Source: Histomonas meleagridis 2922-C6/04-290x | Lineage: Eukaryota > Protista > Parabasalia | Reading direction: 5' to 3' | Assembly: GCA_020184695.1 (NCBI GenBank) | Contig: JAANOX010000087.1 | Span: 397,850-461,849, forward strand | Length of the DNA: 64,000 nt | In this document: in pieces, positions 1 through 8,720 of the stretch | Layout: each line of letters starts with the position of its first letter | How positions within the stretch are numbered: position 1 is the stretch's first letter | Made by a program: the position numbers and the translations under genes | The notes under the pieces: generated by a model | Databases searched by the model: none | Seen by the model: only the letters and a program-made list of their open reading frames with translations | What the model was told of the DNA's origin: nothing

Positions 1-999
1 TTCCAAAAATGCTAAAATTTCATAATTATCTTTTTTGATACAAAAACTTACCAAATCATTTGTATCTTCAGACATTTTTGGCTTTGATTGTATTTTTTCT
101 AATTTATTCTCATAAATATATTTAAAGATATCATTTCGATGAAATTCGATTGTTGTTTCATATGCATTATCAAATGATGATTGATTTTGTTCACACAAAT
201 GAATGATTTCAAGATTTCCACCGGCAACTGCATATCTACCTGTATTTTTGACATTTGCACCATTCATAAGTAAATATTTAAAACATTTAACTGAACCAAA
301 AAATGCTGCATAATCAATTAATGTAACATTTGCATGATTGACAAACGAACATCTTTCATAAAGTGATGGTTCAATTTTCTGGTTAAAATCAAAATTTGTT
401 TGTGATGATATTTCTTGAAGTTTTTCTACTTCGTCTTTTCGAATTATTTTTGCAATTTCATTCGGATTATGTCCTTCTTTAATTAATTGCTTATGAAGTT
501 CCCAATCATTCTTTGATAGTTCTTCATAATTTTTGATAAATTGTTTTTCAAATGGATCTATATAGGTTCGTTGTTTGTTTACTTTTTTTGTTTTATAGTG
601 TGCAAAATATTTTGAACTAATATTTTTAGTGATATTTTTATCAATTAAATTTTGTTCAATCATATTTTCAAGGAGATAATTTGATTCCTGCGAAGCTTTT
701 TTAAGAAGCAACTGGGTGAAAATTTCACATATTCTATGTTTACTTTTTTTTGTTTTTTGTAATGCTTCAATTTCATTTATAAAAATTATATATACATTTG
801 GGTCATTAGACTGTGAAATAAATGATGAATATATCATTTGACTAATTGTTAAATTAAAAGAATACGAGAGATTATTATCAAATATATCAAATAATGTATG
901 TGCTGATTGAGAAATATTTGCTTTATTGAGGTCAAAAATAGTACGGTAAGCCATATAAAGCATTTCCCATTCTTTGCTTTTATTTTCAACACGTTGCAT
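1..999 (-). CDS. DUF3447-type/ankyrin-associated protein, 3' end runs off the window; paralog of 25589-26791
   Basis: Not in the ORF track. Read manually from ATG (999-997) to base 1; segments read were in frame and stop-free: ...NYEELSKNDWELHKQLIKEGHNPNEIAKIIRKDEVEKLQEISSQTNFDFNQKIEPSLYER...LIDYAAFFGSVKCFKYLLMNG...GRYAVAGGNLEIIHLCEQ, closely matching the 25589 protein. Confidence 0.85.
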   Translation of the reverse strand, partial: MQRVENKSKEWEMLYMAYRTIFDLNKANISQSAHTLFDIFDNNLSYSFNLTISQMIYSSFISQSNDPNVYIIFINEIEALQKTKKSKHRICEIFTQLLLKKASQESNYLLENMIEQNLIDKNITKNISSKYFAHYKTKKVNKQRTYIDPFEKQFIKNYEELSKNDWELHKQLIKEGHNPNEIAKIIRKDEVEKLQEISSQTNFDFNQKIEPSLYERCSFVNHANVTLIDYAAFFGSVKCFKYLLMNGANVKNTGRYAVAGGNLEIIHLCEQNQSSFDNAYETTIEFHRNDIFKYIYENKLEKIQSKPKMSEDTNDLVSFCIKKDNYEILAFLE

Positions 1000-1714
1000 T
1001 TCTGATAAGAAAACGGTTATATATATTCAATTAAAAATGGATTTTTTTGTTTTTAATTTGCAATAACTTATAATTTCTTAATAGTAAATTTAGTGTTCTG
1101 TTCAAATTAAACTTATTTCATCTGCTCTGCTGATAAATGACTTCATGATGCGATGATGGAGAAATTGAATAAAAAGCCATGCTAAAGATTTTTTTTATTT
1201 TTTAGTGCTGAATACAGAGAGAGTATTAACAACTTATATTTCCCTCAATCGTTAAGAAAAAGAAGTTTTGGAGAGCTCATTAAACCACAATGATTAAATG
1301 ATTAATTAGTCAGGAAATTTTGATTTACTTAACTTTTCCATATGAAATGCCACTTTTATTATTAAATACAATGTATAGTTTATATAATCGTTTTAATCTC
1401 AAATACGAGCTTTGAAATAAACTAAATACAAATCAAAGTGTTCATTTCAGGAATGAGAAATTTAAAAATCTTTGTTAAATTATTGATTGTGTAAATTTCA
1501 TTATAAATACATTTTTCATCATGTAAGTAAAATGTTTGAAAGCGTACATTTTGAGGCAACTCGCACTTTATTTATTATTATTGTTTTTGGCATTAATAAC
1601 ATAGTTTATGTATTTGTCAATAATATTCTTCAAAGATTCCTTCCACTTTTGCAACAAGTTATTCAACGATACATAAAATTTGGGGCATAAAATTAATATA
1701 TTTTAAATTATTCA

Positions 1715-2065
1715 AAATTACTTTTAGATAAAGAAGGAATTGATGTTAATGTAAAAAGTATTCATTTGAATAATTTAAAATATGTTTTTAATAATTTTGG
1801 ATATGTTTTAGTAATTTGAAATATGTTTTAATAATTTATAATATGTTTTAATAATTTGGAATATGTTTTAATAATTTGAAATATGTTTTAATAATTTGAA
1901 ACAGCACTTCATATAGCAGTTAAAAATAATAATATAGAAATAGTAAAATTACTTTCAGATAAAGGAACTGATATTAATGCAAAAACTATTCATTTGAATA
2001 ATTTAGAATATATTCTAATAATTTGGATTATGTTTTAATAATTTGATATCTGTTTTAATAATTTG
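1715..2065 (+). pseudogene. Interrupted ankyrin-repeat gene fragment (family B) with VNTR-containing inserts
   Basis: KLLLDKEGIDVNVKS (1715-1759), a 141-nt insert, TALHIAVKNNNIEIVKLLSDKGTDINAKT (1901-1987), then a second insert truncated near 2065. No upstream start seen. Confidence 0.75.
1760..1900 (+). repeat. Tandem ~20-nt repeat (AATAATTTGAAATATGTTTT consensus) inside an ankyrin loop insert
   Basis: About 6-7 imperfect copies at 1760-1900; further copies at 1988-2065. Confidence 0.85.
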
Positions 2066-2127
2066 GGTTACCCGAACGACACATATAATATAGGGCGTGC
2101 CCTGGGGCATAAAATTTCACACCTTAA
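2065..2127 (-). mobile_element. Short GC-richer foreign segment, possible DNA transposon terminus (TTAA followed by GG, Kolobok-like)
   Basis: Minus strand reads TTAA|GGTGTGAAATTTTATGCCCCAGGGCACGCCC...; it truncates both flanking ankyrin fragments. The 14-mer TGGGGCATAAAATT occurs at both 2103-2116 and 1681-1694. Confidence 0.35.
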
Positions 2128-2395
2128 ATATATTCCAAATATTATTTTGAAATAGAAAATTATTAAAATAAATATTAAATACAATAAATAGGTATCTTCA
2201 GCATTAATATTAATTCCTTTTTGTTCAAGAAGTAACTCAACAATTGCTTTATAATCTTCTAAAGATGCTGAAATAAGCACTGTTTTAAATAATATAAATA
2301 ATTTCCAAATATTATTTTGTAAAATAAAATTATTCAAACAAATATCAAAAAAAAAACAAATAAATATCTTTTGCATTAATATTAATTCCTTTAAG
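2124..2395 (-). pseudogene. Interrupted ankyrin-repeat gene fragment (family A, same insert type as 26762-27671)
   Basis: KGININAKD, an 82-nt insert (2365-2284), TVLISASLEDYKAIVELLLEQKGININAED, then a second insert cut at 2124. Confidence 0.8.
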
Positions 2396-3115
2396 ATTTA
2401 AAACATATTTAACTAGTTCGATGTTTCCTGACATTGATAAATAAATTAATATATTATTTGAAATTTGATTTTCTTTAAGAAAAGATTTAGTAAGATATAT
2501 GTTCCCAATACTTGCTTATTTATTAATTATAGAATCATTGATTTTCATTCCTTCTTTTACTTAAGAAACATTAAAATTTCATATTTATAATAAAAAACGA
2601 AATCAGTGCCTAATTTTTCTATATCACTAATTGCAACAATTTTATTTTCATAAATCGATTTAAAAACAAGGTTGTACTGTATTCTAAAAATAAACCTATC
2701 CGCATATATAACAATTCTCACTTTTACCCTATCGGATTTCATGGAACAAATACTGTTGCTTATTTGTGAATGACGCGATCAAATTGAGTGTTCTAAGGAT
2801 GCATATGCATGAGAAGGAGAGTGTCATCAAACCCAAAATGGTCCATCGAAGTTCTTCTTTTGCTCTGATGTTGTTAAATAATAATAAATTGATATAATTT
2901 CGATTATACGAATAAATTTGAAAATTTTCAATAATATGGAATAGAATGATGATTTGAAAAAGGAACCTTGAATAATATTTTTTTTTTTTCAAATGACACA
3001 AGATGATATAATCACGAAAGATGTTATATCAGATTACGTGTCTCTACAAGTTTTATTTAAAATTTGCATATAAGGGGTAAATTTTATTATTCAATTTTTT
3101 GAAATATATAAATTC

Positions 3116-3696
3116 TCAAAGAAATGTTGCGATGTCCTTATATGCTCCTTCAAATCCACAATAATTTATATCATTGTCTCGTTTGGTAAAGATTGGATGA
3201 ACAATCAAATCAAAATATTTACCAATACCTTCATCAACTAGTAACTGACGAAATATTAATGCAACTCTTGTTGGAGAGTTTCGAAAGGCCCCACAGCCAA
3301 AAGCTCCAAGGACCAAAACTTTACATCTATTTTCAATAGCTCGATGAATAATTTTTCGGCATCTCACAAGCATTGTATTATCGACTTCTTCCTGTGTATT
3401 TCTCCCTGTGTTGTTTGGAGCTGGAGCAAGTATATCATATAGTCGCTGTAAAGATGAGAACCATTGGCTTGGTTGAATTGATACATTTTTTGATGAATAA
3501 TTTGAGTTGAATATAAACATGAACAACGGCATAACATTTCTTCTTGAGCCTGGGCGCCGCTAAGAAATCCACCTCCTGGCTTTCTTCCTGATGCAAAGTT
3601 TAAACAAGTAACATATGTTACAGAATGAGAGATATCTCTATTCTCTTTTCGAATCAGTCGATAGCATGCCTCAAAGGTTGACTCTTTAGTAGCTAT
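3116..3696 (-). pseudogene. Bacterial-type poly(ADP-ribose) glycohydrolase (TIGR02452/DUF2263 macrodomain), frameshifted and internally deleted
   Basis: Frame upstream of the tracked ORF reads VTCLNFASGRKPGGGFLSGAQAQEEMLCRCSCLY...YSDYMIY (GGG-x6-QEE motif). It shifts into ILAPAPN...VLVLGAFGCGAFRNSP. An in-frame stop lies just upstream of IATKEST. Confidence 0.8.
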
Positions 3697-5009
3697 TTAA
3701 ATATATATTCAAATCATTTTGGAAAAAGCTGGAATATTCAAAAGTATATCTAAACAAATATTGTTTGTAAAAAAAATATTTCTGGAGTTAAAAATATGTT
3801 TTGTAAACGAAACTTTTTAATACCAATTAAAATATTATTGGATGAGTTCTTAAAATAATGATTGCTCGAAACTGGTAAAAATTTATTGTCTCTTTGTGGT
3901 TTTTTCTGAAGCAACTTTTAAATCATCTTTTTTAACATAAATAGGATTGAAATACCTTCGAATTAGAATCTTCAAGGCCAATATGATTTTACAACTTAAT
4001 TGATTCACTATATATCTAATTACAGCTAGTAAAAATATATGTTTTTTTTACAAAAATAGAATGTGTGTTTAAATTTTAAATTTGAAAAAAAAAAAGAAAT
4101 GCAAATTTAAGCATCTTTGAAATTCTTTTCATAACTTCCCCTGCATGTATCTATTACTTTGTTTTAATTATTTATTTTTATATTTATATATATTGTAATT
4201 ATTTTTATCATTCCTCTCTTTTAATTTAAATTTGATTTCATTTTTTTTGAAATTGAATTGTTTTTAATCATCTCTTGTTTTTTTTAGTGCAACATTAACA
4301 AGGTACAGAAATCCCACTATCACAATCAAGCTTGAATATATTCTATTTACAATGAAAGTTATTATTAAAATGTGAATGTCAAATGAAAATAGTGATTTTC
4401 CTAAAATGTACATTTGTTTTAAAAAAAACTCATATAGTAATAAAAAGATTGATAAAACATAAAAATAGTCAAATTACTTATAAAGAAAATTTAATAAGGG
4501 AACCTTCTCATATAGACATGAACATATTGGTAGTTGAGGGGCTCAGGTTTTTTGTTGCTTTCCCAACATTTTAGTACAACTTTTTCTTTGAAAATTTGAA
4601 TCATATTGAATTTCATAAAGTCATTTTTTATTCAAAAGTTTATATTGATGCGGCCACTGCCTGAAAACCAGACCAACAAATATTGATACCATAATTTCGA
4701 TGATTTCAGTAAATAAGTAAAACTTCTTTCTTGATTTGATTATTATTGATGTTTAATATCATAATTTTTTTTGTTTCTTTTTGGAAATATTTTTTATAAT
4801 TTCTGATTTTGTGAAACATTTCGATTTTTTGTTTGAATTATATATTCATCTAAACAATAACTACAATATTTTTACAATGAATAGCGTTTTCTTGGAGTTT
4901 GTCCTAAAGAAGATGTGGAAACAACTCCACCAGAAAAAGTGGTTTTTGTCAGGTTTATTGAATTGTGTGGTCGGATTTTGATTGGTTTACCCAAACCAAA
5001 AATTGGCAA

Positions 5010-7907
5010 ATGAGCGTAACAAACGTCACGCTTCGTTTCACTTTCCAAGCATACCAGCGTACGGATGTATCAGTACTATGGTGCAAAATTAAAGACCAAT
5101 CGCAAAAACCAGATTATGAAAACATACTTAAATTGAAAAATTCTAACAATTCTCTCAATTATTCAGCAGACTTAACAATCAGTGAAGAACCAAGAACTAC
5201 TTTATGTTATAAATTCAGATATGGAGACAATAAATATTCTAATCCAGGAACATACCTAATCACAAATTCACTGCAAGATCCTCTTTTGATTACTGAATAT
5301 GAAAGAATTCAAGGATCTAGCAAGGGTGTTACGCTTCGGTTCAAAATTAACTATCAAACATATTATGGACAGATTTTATATGTTGTTGGATCTCTACCAG
5401 AATTAGGTCATTGGGACAACAGCAAAGGATTAAGACTTTACCATAGCAACTCACCGCCTCAAGGATATGATTTAAATGGTCTTTTTAGCGATAACAAATT
5501 TAACTGGCAATGTGACTTAAAATTGCCATTCTTACCGGACTCTATCAGTTACAGGTACGTAGTTCTAAACGAATCGGCAACTCCTTTTGTTGAGCCAGGT
5601 AATGTCAGAAATTTCACATTTCCCAATTATCCAGTTGATTTTATGGAATTTAACGATGTGTGGCGGTGGAACGAGTTAACACAGAATTTATTTTCCAAGA
5701 GGCTTTTTGACGAAATGTTTTTTGTCAAAAAGTATTTCGATAAGCCAATTAAAGGAAGAGAGCCAATCAGCTCTTCAGGACATCAAGAGACGTCACGAGA
5801 CTATATACTATGCACTTTTTGCGCGCATTGCGGGGTCGTTGGCCGATCCCGTAATATATGTGTTGTTGGTTCAATTCCCGAATTAGGGCAATGGAACCCC
5901 AAATCCGCAATACCATTGGAACCGTCAGCTGATCTTCAATGGTCTAAAGAAATAGCTATTCCTCCAAGTCAATTTCCATTTGAATTCAAATTTATTGCAT
6001 CAGAAGAACCCGAATCAGTTGTTTGGGAGACACATGAAAACCGTACAGCGACCATATCAGATGCTTCTGGCAGCACAAACAAAAATGTTGTAATTGATTC
6101 ATGGCATATTAATTTTCCGAATCTCTCATTTCATGGTGCGGGTGTTATTGTTAATGTTAATGACCTCAGTGTTTTTGATTTTGGTGTCCTTAATCTTCTT
6201 ATTGATTGGGCACGTAATGTTGGATTTGCGTCAGTTCTCATTTCTGGCATCCTTGATGTAACCGCTCTAACCGCCAAATTTGAGACGCTTCCTGTTAACG
6301 GTTTCGCCCTCAATCCACTTCATATCGATCTCAAAGATTATGGGTTTAATACTACTAACAATGATCCACAAGCCATTTTATCCGAGAAACTCATATTTTT
6401 AAAGCAATTATGGGAGAGTCGGAAGAATGAATTTCTTACAGAAGTTAATCAATTTAAGAAATCTAATGATTGGATCAATGATTATGAGAAACTTTGTTAT
6501 AGCCAATTTAATCACACTGATATCCACCACGAAGTTCCTCATGAATATTCGTTATATGTTGACTTTGTCCAATATTTATGTTACAAGCAACTTCATAACT
6601 CTATTGATCATGCGCATTCTATTAACATTGCGATTGGCACTGACATTCCATTTGCGTTATCTGAGAACAGTGCCGAAGCATATTTACAGCCCACATTGTT
6701 CATGCAAGATTATTACTTAGGGATTGCGCCTACATCAGAGAAGCCGACCGGAAGTATAATGCGGTCATATCCATATAACTTTTCTAATGCCGAAGAATGG
6801 TTTCAGAAACGGATTCGACATTTTTCGAAGTTATTTTCCATGATTCGCTTAGATTCGACGATATTATATTTCCGACAATTTGTAGTTCCACGTAAGACGT
6901 CATTGACTGCAGTCTTCGGCCATTATGAGCCATCAGTTAATATCTCATATGCCGAGTTAGAAACATGGGGACTATGGGATATCAAACGTTATACTGAGCC
7001 ATTTATTCGTGCGCAATTTCTCGATAATTTATTTGGTGAAGATGCGCTAAAGATTCACGACATCTTTCTGAAGGAAGAAAGCGGATTATTATGTTTCAAG
7101 CCTGAGTTTAATAGTGAGCGAAGTTTAATAGAGACAAAATTATCACCAGAATTTGATACATTACGAAAGAAATATTTGAAACAATTGATTCGATTAATGG
7201 ATGAAATATTATTAATTAAAGTTGGTGAAAATGAATATCGGCCACGTATTAAGTTACAATATGCAGTATGTGATGAACCAAAAATTAGTTCATATTCATT
7301 TTCTCAATTACCATCATATCATCAAACGCCATTTTTACGTCTTGAAGATGAATATGTTAATAACAAACAAAAGATTTTGTGGGTGTTTAATGGGAAACAA
7401 ATTCTTCAACATATTACAGCAATAAATGACGCGACGTTCATTAGTGACGCTGCAGGTATTGACGGCGAATTATGTGATGAGACATTACAAAGTGTCGGAG
7501 TTTTGCCTTCGAGAGTACAAATGGAAGGAAGAAACAAAAATATGTTATTCGATGACATTAGAGGTTATCCATTTTTAAGTGTCGCAACACCACAAAGAAA
7601 CTTTAAGAAGTCGATTCGAAGGTTTTGGACTTCGTCAAGAGAAAAAGCAGAACGGCTTTGGGAAGAAGAGTTTTGGGAAACAGGAAAAACACCAGTGGAA
7701 TATACAGATAAAGTCGCATTGAACATAATGAAACAACATTGTTGGAGTGGATCAATGTGGGCAATATTCCCAATAGATTCGTTGGTGGGAACTGGTGATA
7801 AAATGGTGGGCGAAAATAACGAGAAAATAGACATATTGAAGTATTTGAAGGATGAAATACCACAAAAAGAAATTAGAGACGTGTTGATACAAACTCAAAG
7901 AAAATGA
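5010..7907 (+). CDS. 4-alpha-glucanotransferase (GH77, DPE2-like) with CBM20 starch-binding domains; catalytic motifs look degenerate
   Basis: CBM20 signatures YGQILYVVGSLPELGHWD and ICVVGSIPELGQWNP; GH77 region GAGVIV...IGTDIP...MIRLD...QHCWSGSMWAIFP. The tracked start at 4965 is GTG; the first ATG is 5010. Confidence 0.85.
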   Translation: MSVTNVTLRFTFQAYQRTDVSVLWCKIKDQSQKPDYENILKLKNSNNSLNYSADLTISEEPRTTLCYKFRYGDNKYSNPGTYLITNSLQDPLLITEYERIQGSSKGVTLRFKINYQTYYGQILYVVGSLPELGHWDNSKGLRLYHSNSPPQGYDLNGLFSDNKFNWQCDLKLPFLPDSISYRYVVLNESATPFVEPGNVRNFTFPNYPVDFMEFNDVWRWNELTQNLFSKRLFDEMFFVKKYFDKPIKGREPISSSGHQETSRDYILCTFCAHCGVVGRSRNICVVGSIPELGQWNPKSAIPLEPSADLQWSKEIAIPPSQFPFEFKFIASEEPESVVWETHENRTATISDASGSTNKNVVIDSWHINFPNLSFHGAGVIVNVNDLSVFDFGVLNLLIDWARNVGFASVLISGILDVTALTAKFETLPVNGFALNPLHIDLKDYGFNTTNNDPQAILSEKLIFLKQLWESRKNEFLTEVNQFKKSNDWINDYEKLCYSQFNHTDIHHEVPHEYSLYVDFVQYLCYKQLHNSIDHAHSINIAIGTDIPFALSENSAEAYLQPTLFMQDYYLGIAPTSEKPTGSIMRSYPYNFSNAEEWFQKRIRHFSKLFSMIRLDSTILYFRQFVVPRKTSLTAVFGHYEPSVNISYAELETWGLWDIKRYTEPFIRAQFLDNLFGEDALKIHDIFLKEESGLLCFKPEFNSERSLIETKLSPEFDTLRKKYLKQLIRLMDEILLIKVGENEYRPRIKLQYAVCDEPKISSYSFSQLPSYHQTPFLRLEDEYVNNKQKILWVFNGKQILQHITAINDATFISDAAGIDGELCDETLQSVGVLPSRVQMEGRNKNMLFDDIRGYPFLSVATPQRNFKKSIRRFWTSSREKAERLWEEEFWETGKTPVEYTDKVALNIMKQHCWSGSMWAIFPIDSLVGTGDKMVGENNEKIDILKYLKDEIPQKEIRDVLIQTQRK

Positions 7908-8371
7908 AAAATTTGTAATTTTTTGTGAATGTTTTCATGATTATGAATAAAAAAATTAATTCATTTTTGGATAAAAAATTTAATGAAAATTTGCAGCTGT
8001 AAATGTGATTCTGTTTGAATAAATGGATTAAAAGTTTATGTTAAGCAAACAGTTAAAATTTACAGAAGGTATATGCCACAAATAGCCGAGGAAAGTATCG
8101 AATAACGACCCGCTCACCTCATGTTTTTGATATATTCTAATGTTTCTTAAAGTTATTATTTTTAACATCTATTCACTTATTTTCAATTTATTCTCTAATA
8201 TGAAAATCTTAATTCATTTATCAAAATTGAAAATATAACATATTCTAATAATTCATATGTTTTTAAAAAACATTAAATAATCATGTTTTACATCCCACAA
8301 TATTCTTTATTCTATTCTTAACTTTTATATTATTTTTCATTGAGTTAACTCATGTTTTATAAAACTTCTTT

Positions 8372-8416
8372 TTGTTTGCTTCGCTTTGCTCAGCAAACAA
8401 CGAAGCGCATTCTTGT
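8372..8416 (+). mobile_element. Hairpin + CGAAGCG...TTCTTGT motif, possible Helitron-like 3' terminus (copy 1)
   Basis: 9-bp inverted repeat TTGTTTGCT/AGCAAACAA followed by CGAAGCGCATTCTTGT; a homologous copy lies at 28113-28154. Confidence 0.4.
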
Positions 8417-8720
8417 GAAATATTTAAAAATTACTTTAGATAAACATTTAACATAATCATACATGTAATTTTTTAAAGTATTATTTAAAATTAATTTATT
8501 ATTTTATCTATGATGTTCAATTAAAAAAAATGATTTGATTCATCTGAACATAGCCAATAAAATATTGGAGAGCTCCAATCAAGCAATAGATGATTTATAA
8601 TATTTGACCTAATTCTATATACCAACATTTTCGATACATAATGAATCTACAAAAACAAAATAGAAAAATTGCCTCAACTAAAAATAAAGATTTTTTGTAT
8701 GCATTTAATTCAAACATATT

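Noticed and set aside
1487-1690. Short AT-rich ORFs here and at 2557-3001, 4383-4981, 8641-8826 and 11892-12092, plus antisense/alternate-frame ORFs inside large genes
   Set aside because: They have Ile/Phe/Lys-rich spacer composition or are shadows of well-supported genes, and several use TTG/GTG starts.
8085-8135. GC-rich island with TTCGA and weak resemblance to a tRNA T-arm or the U2 5' end
   Set aside because: It forms no cloverleaf and lacks the U2 AAGATCAAGTGTAGTA branch-pairing sequence; left unexplained.
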